A program made the translations under genes and the position numbers. The notes below the pieces were generated by a model, which did not search any database, was not told the DNA's origin, and worked only from the letters and a program-made list of their open reading frames with translations. 64,000 bases of DNA from Candidatus Latescibacterota bacterium (lineage in GTDB: Bacteria > Latescibacterota > UBA2968 > GCA-2709665): NCBI GenBank assembly GCA_965248435.1, contig OZ252100.1:4928001-4992000 (forward strand), in the 5' to 3' direction. Below, one piece after another: positions 1 to 9,877 of this stretch (the stretch's first letter is position 1; each line of letters begins with the position of its first letter).

Positions 1-332
1 GTGTAGTCTATTGCTAGGTGGGACCCTCAGGTCATCGAGTGTTTTCACAAGATGAACATATTCCAAACGACGAATCGCCCGCCTCAGAAGATTGGGTGGC
101 AAGCGTTTCGATGTGCCGGTAATGAAAAGTTCCTCCGTTTCTCTGTTCCTGAACGACCTTATCATCATTGAAATGTAACGTGTAACGTGACGATTGTCAA
201 GAGAGAATATGCAGAATTTTCGGGTAGCGAGGTAGGAAGATCCGTTGCACGTCGGATGGATAATCGATATTTTGCAGGCCGAGAGACGGAATCCCGTCGC
301 CCTATCTTTTCGGTAGAATGGAGGTTTCCCTC

Positions 333-1832
333 ATGGCACTGATCGACATCGGCTCGCAGAAGCAGCTCTTCGTCGATGACTATTTGATCGAGAGCATGAC
401 GCTCACGAAGCGGGTGATGAACCCGGCTGAAAAGGTCGAGAACAACCCGGTGCTTCGCGCGGAACGTCCGTGGGAGGGGGATGAGGTGCGCCTCTCCTAC
501 GTCACGTTTGACGAACGGGACCAGGAATTCAAGATGCGCTACCGGGGCGGGACCCACACGGTGCAGCAGGGCGACGGGGAGGTGATCATCGAGGAGCGAA
601 ACGCGGTCAACTGCCTCGCGGTCTCGAAAGACGGCGTGCACTGGGAGCGTCCGGTCGTGGGAGAGGTCGAGTTCCAGGGCAGCAAGGAGAACAATATCGT
701 GCCCGAGCGTGCTGGGCTGCCTAATGCCGAGCACAAGCCCCCACACATCCTTGAGGATCTCCACGAAACGGACCCGGCAAAACGGTACAAGGCCCTCCGC
801 TGGACGATGGACACCCGCGCACCGATGCAGGCCTTTCTGTATACTTCTCCAGACGCGTGGAATTGGACGCCTTACGAGAACAATCCGCTGTTCGATACGA
901 CCCCGAAGATCGGGCGATGGGGCCCCTCTCACCTGATGGGCTGGGACCCCATAAGAGAGACCTACGCGATCACCATCGAGAATTCACACCACCGGCGTGG
1001 ACCCATGGGCAAACGGCTGATCGGCCGCTCGGAGAGCCCCGACATGATCGAGTGGAGCGAGCCGGAGACGATCCTGGTTCCCGACGAGCAGGACGCCCCC
1101 GATATCGAGTTCTACAGCATGCCCACGATCGTCTACGAGAATATGTATGTCGGGTTGGTGTGGATCTTCAGCACGACCAACACGACCCACCACCCGGAGC
1201 TGGTCTTCAGCCGCGATGGTGTCCACTATGAACGCCGTTACCGCGCGCCGTTCATCCGCCGGGGGTCTGGTATAGAGTTCGACAGCACGTCGATCTACGC
1301 GTACCCGCCCATCGTTCACGGAGACCGCATCCTGACTTACTACGTCGGCACCAACTGGCGATCTCCCGAGCAGCTGCTGGCACTCGGCAAAAAAGGGACT
1401 GCCGCAGTCGGCCTTGCCGTAACGCGCCTGGATGGCTTAGTCTCCCTGGATGGGACCAAGGGGCGTCCGGTGGATGTTCCGACTCCTAATCCGCGGTTTC
1501 GCGATGCACCGCCCCCGCGGGTCGCCGATTTCAGCGAGATGGTCACGCGGTCCTTCGGCTTCTCGGGCTCGCAGCTGCATCTCAACCTTCGGCCTGCGTT
1601 TCAGCAGTGGGGCGCATCGCCGTGCGAGGTCCGGGTCGAGGTCCTCGAGCCGAATAACGACTATATCGATGGCTACAGGTTCGATGACGCGGACCCGATC
1701 TCAGGCCCGGATTCTCTGGACCACGTCGTTTCCTGGCGGAGGAAGTCGGACCTGAGCAACCTGGCCGGTAAGACGATCAAGCTTCGATTCTACTTTAAGA
1801 ACTGCAAGCTCTATTCGTTTCAATTCAAATAG
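333..1832 (+). CDS. Beta-propeller glycoside hydrolase-like (GH32/GH43-like) protein of unknown substrate
   Basis: ORF 318..1832; GGAGGT RBS before ATG 333; QLFVDD, NPVL..ERPWE, S.DG..W and LRLDG-like motifs typical of this family. Confidence 0.6.
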   Translation: MALIDIGSQKQLFVDDYLIESMTLTKRVMNPAEKVENNPVLRAERPWEGDEVRLSYVTFDERDQEFKMRYRGGTHTVQQGDGEVIIEERNAVNCLAVSKDGVHWERPVVGEVEFQGSKENNIVPERAGLPNAEHKPPHILEDLHETDPAKRYKALRWTMDTRAPMQAFLYTSPDAWNWTPYENNPLFDTTPKIGRWGPSHLMGWDPIRETYAITIENSHHRRGPMGKRLIGRSESPDMIEWSEPETILVPDEQDAPDIEFYSMPTIVYENMYVGLVWIFSTTNTTHHPELVFSRDGVHYERRYRAPFIRRGSGIEFDSTSIYAYPPIVHGDRILTYYVGTNWRSPEQLLALGKKGTAAVGLAVTRLDGLVSLDGTKGRPVDVPTPNPRFRDAPPPRVADFSEMVTRSFGFSGSQLHLNLRPAFQQWGASPCEVRVEVLEPNNDYIDGYRFDDADPISGPDSLDHVVSWRRKSDLSNLAGKTIKLRFYFKNCKLYSFQFK

Positions 1833-1853
1833 AAAGTGTATCGCTCCTCAGGA

Positions 1854-1981
1854 CCTAACCCCCCCAACCCCCCTTCCCTGAAGGGAAGGGGGGAGCGGCG
1901 AGGAAGACGCGTTAGTTGACTTCCTCGTGAAAATGGCTTTTGTCTTCCCTCCCCTTTAGGGGAGGGACCGAGGGAGGGGTC
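1854..1981. repeat. Paired palindromes CCCCTTCCCnnAAGGGAAGGGG / CTCCCCTTnAGGGGAG-GGACCGAGGGAGGGGT
   Basis: Same element at 54544-54688 and the second half at about 63500-63541. Confidence 0.8.
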
Positions 1982-2076
1982 CAGAATTGCCGCATCCTCC
2001 GAACCGTATTTGTATGGTCAGGTCATTTTGAATATATTGGCCCAGGTGCTTCTCTATCTGAAACTGGAGGTGAGGT

Positions 2077-2862
2077 GTGAGCCTGTTTTCGCTGGAAGAT
2101 CGCGTCGCGCTGGTCACAGGGGGAGGGCGTGGGATTGGACGTGGGATCGCGGAGGGTTTGGCTGCCCACGGGGCAAGGGTCGTCTGCGCTGCTCGAACCC
2201 AGTCACAGCTGGAGGAGGTCGTGGAGGGCATTCGGTCCGCGGGAGGCGAAGCAGAGGCCGTTCAGGTCGACATGGCGGATCTCGCCTCGGTCAGGAAGTG
2301 CGTCGAGGAGACGATTGCCCACTGCGGGCGTGTGGACATCCTCGTGAACAACGCGGGCACCAACGCCCGAATGCCCATCGTTGACGTCACTGAGGAGGAC
2401 TACGACCGGGTGATGGCTGTAAACCTGAAGGGGATCTATTTTCTGACGCAGGCGGTGGCCCGGGATATGATCCCGCGCAAGCGGGGAAAGGTGATCAACA
2501 TCGGCTCGCTGACGACGGGTGTCGGGATGCCGAAGATCTCTATCTATGGAGCGACAAAGGGGGGCGTTGGACAGCTCACGAAGGCGCAGGCGATCGAGTT
2601 CGCGGAACACAACATCCAGGTCAACACCCTCTGCCCCGGGTTTGTCCTGACCTACTTTACGGAGAAGATCTGGGCGGACCAGGCGATGCAGGCGTGGATG
2701 AAAGGCCGACTCGCGCAGGGGCGGCTGGCGACTCCGGAAGACATGGTCGGCACGGCGATCTTCCTGGCCTCGGAGGCTTCTGACTACGTTACGGGACAGT
2801 CGATCTTCGTGGACGGAGGATTCATGGCCGGAGAGCCGTGGCCGTTTCCGGATAACGTGTAA
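2077..2862 (+). CDS. Short-chain dehydrogenase/reductase (gluconate 5-dehydrogenase-like)
   Basis: TGGGRGIG, NNAG and YGATK motifs. Confidence 0.9.
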   Translation: MSLFSLEDRVALVTGGGRGIGRGIAEGLAAHGARVVCAARTQSQLEEVVEGIRSAGGEAEAVQVDMADLASVRKCVEETIAHCGRVDILVNNAGTNARMPIVDVTEEDYDRVMAVNLKGIYFLTQAVARDMIPRKRGKVINIGSLTTGVGMPKISIYGATKGGVGQLTKAQAIEFAEHNIQVNTLCPGFVLTYFTEKIWADQAMQAWMKGRLAQGRLATPEDMVGTAIFLASEASDYVTGQSIFVDGGFMAGEPWPFPDNV

Positions 2863-2960
2863 CAATCGCGGAATCACCGCAGAGGCGCAGAGGCATGTCC
2901 CTGCGAAAGCAGGGATCGCAGAGGAAACCCGGCCCAATTTCATAACACCATTCCATGTCC

Positions 2961-2986
2961 GTAGAGACGCCCCGGCGGGGCGTCTC
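2961..2986 (+). repeat. REP-like GTAG palindrome GTAGAGACGCCCCGGCGGGGCGTCTC
   Basis: GTAG followed by a hairpin; relatives at 28149 and (reverse) 42834-42859. Confidence 0.7.
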
Positions 2987-3062
2987 GAACCCGTAAATTG
3001 ATCGCACACTTGGATTGGGAATTGATAACGCGGTATCACACAAACCAGATTGATTCATCGAA

Positions 3063-4916
3063 ATGAATGACACTCTCGCCGGATTGATGAACGAAAGTTT
3101 TGAAAAGCACGCGGACCGAACCGGCATCCGCGTGCTCAGGGCATCGGGGGGAAAGGGCGAAGGACTCCAGTATGTACCGATCAGTTATGCACAGCTCCGG
3201 GAACAGCGAGACCGGCTGGCCTCCGGAATCGCGGGGATAGGGATCGAAAAGGGCGCCAGGCTGGGGATCCTGACCGACGGTGGGCTGGAGCCTGTCCTGA
3301 TTTTTCTGGCGGCAGATCTGCTGGGCTGTTCGTCGGTGCCGCTCTGCAACAAGCACCCTGACGACATCCTGCTTCACAGCATCAATGATTCCCGGATCGA
3401 GGTCCTGTTCGCCGACGCCAAGAGCGTGGATCAGATGGAACGCGTCCGGGATCGGCTGACGCATTCACCCCGGATCATCCTGACGGAAGGTCGGTCGGAA
3501 GACACGCTGTCTTTTTTCGACCTGGCCAATTCGGGTCGGGGGACCGAGCCCCCGAAGGTGGAGCTCCATCCCGACGACGAATCGAAGGTCGTCTACACAT
3601 CGGGTTCGTCCGGGCCCCCGAAGGGGGTCGTGCAGACGCAGGGAAACATCGTGGCGAACGTCCGATCGGTGTGGGATGCAATCTCTATGCGGGATCCGTG
3701 CATCCTGTTCAAGTCTGCGCCGGACTACCACACGATGGGGATCCTGAACATCTATTATCCGTTGGCCAAGGGATGGATCCTGGACCTCGCCCGCTCCCCC
3801 GAGCGCGTGTTGACGGACATCCGGTATTCACAACCCCACTCTTTTTTGACTGTTCCCCTGGTTCTGGACAAAGTCTACGGCAACGTCCGGAAGGAGATCG
3901 ATGCGGGCGGGTTCAAGGGCAGGCTTGTCGCGCGGTCCGTTCGCGCCAAGCAGAGACGGTCGCGGAAAGAGGCGTCGATAGGCGATCACCTGATCTACGG
4001 CACCATCGGGAAGCGGGTGGTTCAGAAGATCCGCGCGAAGCTTTCGGAACGCGTCGGCAAGGACCTGGAAGTGCTGATCGTGGGTTCGGCAAAGGCGGAT
4101 CCCGAAGCGCTCGATTTTTTTCAGGACGTACTCGATATCAAGGCGTTCGAAGGCTACGGGACGACCGAATGCTGCCCGCTGATCGCGACCAATCGCCTCG
4201 GGGCGCAAAAGACCGGGACGGTCGGAAAACCTCTGCTTGAAGTCCGGATCGTCGGGGGGGACGGAGATGAGCTTGGATACGGGGACCCGGTGGAGGGGAC
4301 CTACAGAGGAAGCGACGGACAGCACGGAGAGCTCCTGGTCTCCGGACGCCACGTGATGAAGGAGTACCTGGGCCTTCCCGAGGAGACGAAACAGACGCTC
4401 CAGGTGGATGAGGCAGGGAAGACCTGGTACCGCACCGGCGATCTTTTCAGCATGGATGAAGAGGGCTTTTTGACGTTCAGGGGACGTCTCGGGCGGCAGT
4501 TCAAGCTCAGAAACGGGGAGTTCGTGAATCCCGAGCGCCTCGAACGACTGTATGCACGCGTCCCGCTTATCGAGCACGTCCTCGTAGCCGGGGACCAGGG
4601 TCGCACCTTCCCGCTGCCGATCGTGACGGTCAATCTGGAGGAGGCCAGGAGCCAGAAGGAGATCCTGGAGACGCCTGTGAATGATGACGACGCGCTGAGA
4701 GGGGATGACAGGATCGCGGACCGGATCCGCGAGCTGATGCTGAAAGAGGCGGACGACGCGGGTCTGCCGGCGCACGAGCGACCCCAGAAGATCCTTGTCC
4801 TCCCCGACGCACTGAGCGAGCAGTCGGGGACGCTGACGAAGGGGTTGAAGAAGGTCGTGCCGAAGGCGGTTATGGAGAAATACAGCGCGCTCGTCGAAGA
4901 GGCTTACACGAAATAG
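3063..4916 (+). CDS. Long-chain acyl-CoA synthetase / AMP-binding enzyme
   Basis: YTSGSSGPPKG, EGYGTTE and WYRTGD motifs. Confidence 0.9.
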   Translation: MNDTLAGLMNESFEKHADRTGIRVLRASGGKGEGLQYVPISYAQLREQRDRLASGIAGIGIEKGARLGILTDGGLEPVLIFLAADLLGCSSVPLCNKHPDDILLHSINDSRIEVLFADAKSVDQMERVRDRLTHSPRIILTEGRSEDTLSFFDLANSGRGTEPPKVELHPDDESKVVYTSGSSGPPKGVVQTQGNIVANVRSVWDAISMRDPCILFKSAPDYHTMGILNIYYPLAKGWILDLARSPERVLTDIRYSQPHSFLTVPLVLDKVYGNVRKEIDAGGFKGRLVARSVRAKQRRSRKEASIGDHLIYGTIGKRVVQKIRAKLSERVGKDLEVLIVGSAKADPEALDFFQDVLDIKAFEGYGTTECCPLIATNRLGAQKTGTVGKPLLEVRIVGGDGDELGYGDPVEGTYRGSDGQHGELLVSGRHVMKEYLGLPEETKQTLQVDEAGKTWYRTGDLFSMDEEGFLTFRGRLGRQFKLRNGEFVNPERLERLYARVPLIEHVLVAGDQGRTFPLPIVTVNLEEARSQKEILETPVNDDDALRGDDRIADRIRELMLKEADDAGLPAHERPQKILVLPDALSEQSGTLTKGLKKVVPKAVMEKYSALVEEAYTK

Positions 4917-5010
4917 CTTCAGCGATCGAAACACGGGGTTTCTGGCCTTATCATCTGGCGCCATTTGGAAAACTGGGGCCTTCCCGGTCTGGAGACTGGT
5001 TGCCCTCTCC

Positions 5011-5225
5011 ACACAACCCCATGCCTCCGGCGGCCAACTTTTCTTGCTCGCCCAAGAAAAGTTGGACTAAAGAAAGGCGCCCCTCAGGCGCCGGGGAGGC
5101 TGACTTTTCCGCGAACCGTCCCAGTAGCCCTAGAGATGTTTGTGTCCTTGGATCTCTTGTGGTGTCCACAAACGGGAGTGCTTGACGGATAAGCGCGGAA
5201 AAGTCCCACCCCACCCCCAAACCGG
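5011..5225 (+). repeat. Composite modular repeat locus R1 (head + hairpin B + hairpin module D)
   Basis: TGCCTCCGGCGG at 5022, CCAACTTTTCTTG..CAAGAAAAGTTGG, GACTTTTCCGCG..CGCGGAAAAGTC. Confidence 0.9.
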
Positions 5226-5354
5226 TGGTCAGCCTTGCCGTTCTTGGTCTGGAATCACCCAAGCGAGAAGGCCGGCTAACATCTTGCGAACGTGGAATCG
5301 GGTCCTTATTTTAGAACCAGATAAAGAACCTTGAACCTGGACCAGGAGACAGTT

Positions 5355-6689
5355 ATGTCCGAACGAATCCGTTCGGCCGCGAAAGAGGCACGCAGAGCGT
5401 CACTTACGCTAGGCGTCTCGTCGGAGGCCCAACGGAACGCTGCCCTCGAGGCGATCACCGTGGCCCTGGAGTCGAATCAGGAGGTGATCCTGGAGGCGAA
5501 CCGGCGCGACCAGGAGGCCGCGGCAGAGCTCGTCGCAAAGGGCGAACTCGCACCGGCCCTGGCCAAACGCCTGAAGATGGACGCGACCAAGCTGCTTTGC
5601 GAAGTCTGTCCGGGTGTCCGGAGCGTGAAGGCCCAGTCCGATCCGATCGGCAAGACGCTGATGGCGACGGAGCTGGACAAGGGCCTGAAGCTCTATCGGG
5701 TCTCCGTGCCGATCGGTGTGATCGGCGTCGTATTCGAATCCCGTCCTGATGCGCTCGTGCAGATCGCTTCGCTCTGCCTGAAATCGGGAAATGCCGTGCT
5801 GCTCAAGGGTGGAAGCGAGGCGAAGGAGACGAACCGCGAACTGTCAAAAGTGATCTTGGAGGCGACCCATGGTCTGGACGGCATCCCCGAGGGGTGGATG
5901 TTTCAGCTCGAAGACCGGGAAGAGGTGCGCGTGATCCTGGATCTTCACGACATGATCGACCTGATTATCCCGCGCGGAGGGAACGAGCTCGTTCAGTCGA
6001 TTATGCAGAATACGAAGATTCCGGTTATGGGCCACGCGGACGGAATCTGTCACGTCTACGTGGACAAGGACGCGGATCTGAGCGATGCGATCGCGATCGC
6101 GATAGACGCGAAGACCCAGTACCCTGCGGTATGTAACGCGGCGGAGACCCTCCTGGTACATCGCGAGATCGCCCCGGCGTTTCTGCCGGAAGTGGTCAAA
6201 CGATATCAGGAGAAGGAGGTGGAGGTCCGCGCAGACGAAGCGACGCGAGACCTGGTCGGGAACGGCGTGATTGCCGCTACAGACGCGGATTGGGATACGG
6301 AGTACCTGGATCTGGTCATCTCGATCAAGATCGTGGACGACCTGGAAGCGGCCATCGATCACATCAACACCCACAGCAGCCACCATACCGACGCGATCGT
6401 GACGAAAGATCGGTCCGCCGCAAAGCAGTTTCTTCAAAAGGTTGATTCTGCATCGGTCGTGCACAACGCATCCACACGCTTTGCAGATGGATTCCGGTTT
6501 GGACTCGGCGCCGAAGTGGGGATCAGCACGAACCGAATTCACAGCAGGGGTCCAGTCGGCCTCGAAGGCCTTGTGATCTACAAGTACATCGTGGAGGGTG
6601 AGGGCCAGACGGCAGGAGATTACATCGGTGAGAACGCGGCCAGCTTCCGCCATCAACCTTTGTCAGAAGGCTGGGTCCCTCCAGAATGA
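5355..6689 (+). CDS. proA: Glutamate-5-semialdehyde dehydrogenase
   Basis: FESRP, LKGGSEA, IIPRGG, CNAAETLL, NASTRFADG and GISTNRIHSRGP; AGGAG before ATG 5355. Confidence 0.97.
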   Translation: MSERIRSAAKEARRASLTLGVSSEAQRNAALEAITVALESNQEVILEANRRDQEAAAELVAKGELAPALAKRLKMDATKLLCEVCPGVRSVKAQSDPIGKTLMATELDKGLKLYRVSVPIGVIGVVFESRPDALVQIASLCLKSGNAVLLKGGSEAKETNRELSKVILEATHGLDGIPEGWMFQLEDREEVRVILDLHDMIDLIIPRGGNELVQSIMQNTKIPVMGHADGICHVYVDKDADLSDAIAIAIDAKTQYPAVCNAAETLLVHREIAPAFLPEVVKRYQEKEVEVRADEATRDLVGNGVIAATDADWDTEYLDLVISIKIVDDLEAAIDHINTHSSHHTDAIVTKDRSAAKQFLQKVDSASVVHNASTRFADGFRFGLGAEVGISTNRIHSRGPVGLEGLVIYKYIVEGEGQTAGDYIGENAASFRHQPLSEGWVPPE

Positions 6690-6803
6690 GCCCGACTGAT
6701 TCCCTCGGAGTACCTATTCGATGATCTTGTGTCTTTCGTAGGGGTGAGGCAGGGCCTTGCCCCTAATTTTATTTTCGGAAGCTTTTAGAAAGGGGAGAAC
6801 CCA

Positions 6804-8348
6804 GTGGCATCACACCCTTTGCTCTTCTACAATAACGACGGCAGTCATATGCTCTACCTCTCGCCTCCAGTTTCACTGGACGAGTTCGTGTATGAGACGG
6901 TCGGGTATCTTTTGGGCACTCAGGTGGACGCGGTAGCCTGCCACATGTTCGGGTTCGGCGACGCCGTTCCACTTTTTCCGACGGAAGTACCTGGAGCCCA
7001 GGGTATCGAGCGATCTGAGGTCGAATGGGTGAGTGAGTGGCGCCAGGAGGAAATCATCCGCCTCCTGTTCGATCAGGGGGTCGACCCGTGGAAGGCCTCG
7101 CTGGAGGCCGCGCACAACGCCGGTATGGAGTTCTGGGCGGCCCTGAGGTTCAACGAGCTGCACGAAGGGCGCTTCCAGTGGAAGAGCGAGTTCCGCGTGA
7201 ACCATCCGGAATACGAGCTGGGCGGCCAATGTGCCGCCGACGGGCACGATCCGGAAGATCAATGCGTCGGGCTCAATTTTTCGATCCCTGAAGTACGCGC
7301 CCATCGCCTTGCGCTGATCGAGGAGGTCTGCTCGCGCTATGACGTGGACGGGTTCGAATGGGACTTCAACCGGGAGCCGGGACACCACTTTCCGGACTTG
7401 AAGGCGGGCGCGCCGATCCTGACGGCCTACGTGCGCGAGGCCAGGAAGGTGCTGGATGCCGTTGGCGACAAGCGGGGACGTCCCGTGGGGTTCGGCGTTC
7501 GAGTACCGGGCACGATCGAGGCGTGTCACCGAATTTCGGTCGAGATCGAAAACTGGATCAGCGAAGGCCTTGTGGACTATATCTGTCCGTCTCCCTACGC
7601 CGACACGTCCACAGACCTGCCGTTCGACGAGTTCGTGGCCCTGGCCGACGGGAAGGATTGCCGGATCTACGGCTGCCCGACCGAGATGTGCGGCCCGGGA
7701 CTCCACTGGCCCCCGCCGATCGAGACGCTGCGCGCGGGTGCGTGGAACGCCTGGCGCCAGGGTGTGGACGGGGTCTACATCTTCAACTATAACCATCCGA
7801 TCGTGAGCGACATGGATATGTCGGGTCTCTTTCGCGAACTCGGCAGCCCGGCAACGCTGGAATTCAGGGACAAAACCTACAGCGTGGCCGGAAGGAGAGG
7901 GCGGCCGGATGTCTTCAAAGAGAAGGTGCATCAGCTCCCACTGGCACTGGAGGAGCGGCCGACCGGTCCGGGCCAGACAGTGCGCTTTCTCGTGGGCGAC
8001 GATCTGGAAACCGCGGCCGAGCGGGGTGTGCTGGACGCGGTGACGCTGGAGCTGATCGTCATCGGCAAGACGTATGAGGATGTGGTGGAGTTCAAGCTGA
8101 ATGGAAGGCCGCTGCCTGAAGGCCCCCAGTTCAGGATGTATGAAAAGTACAAGATGGGTCTCGGCTCCAACGCCTTCCAGGGCCGATACGCGCTGAGGTA
8201 TGACCTGAGATCGGGGGACTGGATCAAGCAGGGGTGGAACGAGGTCGAAGTGGCGTTGAGAAAGAGGACGCGTCGGGTGAGGCAGCCGTTCGAGGTCTAC
8301 GAAATGAACCTGGAGGTCAAGTATCGGGTATTGCCGATGCGGGCTTAG
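6804..8348 (+). CDS. GHL10-like TIM-barrel glycoside hydrolase-like protein, paralogue 1
   Basis: YNNDG, RFNELH, YDVDGFEWDF.R and GVDGVYIFN motifs; closely similar to 9878..11440. Confidence 0.6.
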   Translation: MASHPLLFYNNDGSHMLYLSPPVSLDEFVYETVGYLLGTQVDAVACHMFGFGDAVPLFPTEVPGAQGIERSEVEWVSEWRQEEIIRLLFDQGVDPWKASLEAAHNAGMEFWAALRFNELHEGRFQWKSEFRVNHPEYELGGQCAADGHDPEDQCVGLNFSIPEVRAHRLALIEEVCSRYDVDGFEWDFNREPGHHFPDLKAGAPILTAYVREARKVLDAVGDKRGRPVGFGVRVPGTIEACHRISVEIENWISEGLVDYICPSPYADTSTDLPFDEFVALADGKDCRIYGCPTEMCGPGLHWPPPIETLRAGAWNAWRQGVDGVYIFNYNHPIVSDMDMSGLFRELGSPATLEFRDKTYSVAGRRGRPDVFKEKVHQLPLALEERPTGPGQTVRFLVGDDLETAAERGVLDAVTLELIVIGKTYEDVVEFKLNGRPLPEGPQFRMYEKYKMGLGSNAFQGRYALRYDLRSGDWIKQGWNEVEVALRKRTRRVRQPFEVYEMNLEVKYRVLPMRA

Positions 8349-8353
8349 TTCGT

Positions 8354-8383
8354 CGATCGTTGGTCGTGGATCGTGGATCGTGA
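8354..8383 (+). repeat. (GATCGTG)n heptamer tandem repeat
   Basis: Also at 11441-11480, 12543-12584 and 14589-14624, each just after a stop codon. Confidence 0.8.
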
Positions 8384-8416
8384 ACTGATGTTACCGCGAA
8401 AAAGTGGACAGGTTAG

Positions 8417-9334
8417 TTAAGCAGCAAGGAGCTGCTCGTAGTTATGTGGACTTTTGTAGCCCAGGGTAGAGTGCCTCCGCCTGTGGTTGTAGAAACGGAT
8501 GTAGTTTGAGATCCTTCTTCGCGCCTGGTTGACGGTGGCATAGGTATCGCGATGGACGCGTTCGATTTTCAGCGTTGAGAAGAAGGACTCTGCCACCGCA
8601 TTGTCAAAGCAGTCGCCTTTGCGACCCATACTAGACCGAATGCCGTTTTCAGCGACGGTATTTTGGAAAGCTTCACTGGTATACTGAGATCCACGATCAG
8701 AGTGAAAGATCAATTCCCTTGGGGGCTTTCGAGTTGCACGTGCCTTTTTGAAGGCTTCGACCGCTAGCTCCGCAGTCAAGGAGGCCCGGAGCGACCATCC
8801 GACGATCTTCCGGGAGAACAGGTCCATCACGACGCACAGATAGGCGTGGCCTCCCACGATGGGGATGTAGCTGATGTCCGAGACCCACTTCTGGTTGACT
8901 TCATCGGCGTTGAACGCTCGACCCAGCAGGTCCGGAGACACGATGGCGTTTGAGGCTGCCTTTGTCGTGCACCGGAATTTGCGTGGGGTCCCAATGGCCT
9001 TCAAGCCCATCTTCTGCTTGATCCGGGCGATCCGGCTGGCACTGCAGACGATCCCGGCCTCGTTGAGCTCCTCCGTGATGCGAGGCGTGCCGTAAGTCTG
9101 GTCGGTCTCCCGGTGGATGGCTTTGATGTGGAGCGCCAGCACTTGGTTTTCTTGCTCCCGTTGGCTGACCGGACGGCTTTTCCAGGCGTAGTAACCGCTT
9201 TTGGAGATCCCAAGGGTCTTGCACATATGGGTTACTGAAAATCGGTCGCGGTTCTCCTCCACCAGGTGGAAGTTCATCTTTGGCGTCTGCTGAAAACGGC
9301 TAAGGCTTTTTTTAAAATGTCCCTCTCTTCGCAC
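8417..9334 (-). CDS. IS3 transposase OrfB (DDE integrase core)
   Basis: WVSDISY, HSDRGSQY, DNAVAESFF and YNHRRRHS motifs. Confidence 0.95.
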   Translation of the reverse strand: MRREGHFKKSLSRFQQTPKMNFHLVEENRDRFSVTHMCKTLGISKSGYYAWKSRPVSQREQENQVLALHIKAIHRETDQTYGTPRITEELNEAGIVCSASRIARIKQKMGLKAIGTPRKFRCTTKAASNAIVSPDLLGRAFNADEVNQKWVSDISYIPIVGGHAYLCVVMDLFSRKIVGWSLRASLTAELAVEAFKKARATRKPPRELIFHSDRGSQYTSEAFQNTVAENGIRSSMGRKGDCFDNAVAESFFSTLKIERVHRDTYATVNQARRRISNYIRFYNHRRRHSTLGYKSPHNYEQLLAA

Positions 9335-9573
9335 AGATACTCGACCTGTCGCTTCAACTCGAAGATCTCCAGGTCCTTCGACTTGCGACGGCCTTTCCCG
9401 GGGAAGGCTTCCTGCTCATCCTCAACGAAGTCCCTCACCCAGCGACGCAACAACCCAACAGGCATGTCCAATTCTGTCGCGACATCTTTCGGAGTGCGGT
9501 CTTCAACCAGAATCTGCTGCACCGCTTCGACTTTGAACTCTCGGGAATACTTCCGACGCTTCCTGACACCCAT
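9274..9573 (-). CDS. IS3 transposase OrfA (HTH)
   Basis: RRKYSREFKVEAV...ERDILKKA. Confidence 0.93.
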   Translation of the reverse strand: MGVRKRRKYSREFKVEAVQQILVEDRTPKDVATELDMPVGLLRRWVRDFVEDEQEAFPGKGRRKSKDLEIFELKRQVEYLCEERDILKKALAVFSRRQR

Positions 9574-9877
9574 AGAAAGCCTCCTTGGATATGGGGAGAC
9601 ATTCTACCTATACAAAAACCTTAACCGAGTGTCCACAAAATAGATAACCCCAAACGGCTGGATCACGGAGAAAGGCGGAAGAATGCGGAGGGCACGGAAG
9701 TACACGGAAGAAAGGCGGAGGGTACGGAGACGATCTATTAGACTGAGCTACTTTACCGATTGAAAGGCATCACTGCGGTGGCGCAGAGGGCGTGGAGAAG
9801 ACATGTGGATCGTGGCGGGCGTCAGGCTGTAGCGCGACACCTTAGTCCAGTACAAAACAGATGCGAAGGAGAATCAA

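Larger units (their letters stand above)
8386..9652 (-). mobile_element. IS3-family insertion sequence, apparently intact
   Basis: Imperfect terminal IRs TGATGTTACC..GTGGACA / TGTCCAC..TAACCCCA; 3-bp AAC target duplication (8383-85, 9653-55); A7G slippery site at 9306-9313. Confidence 0.93.

Noticed and set aside
174-191. TGTAACG direct repeat as an operator
   Set aside because: Single short occurrence, with no regulator in the window to tie it to
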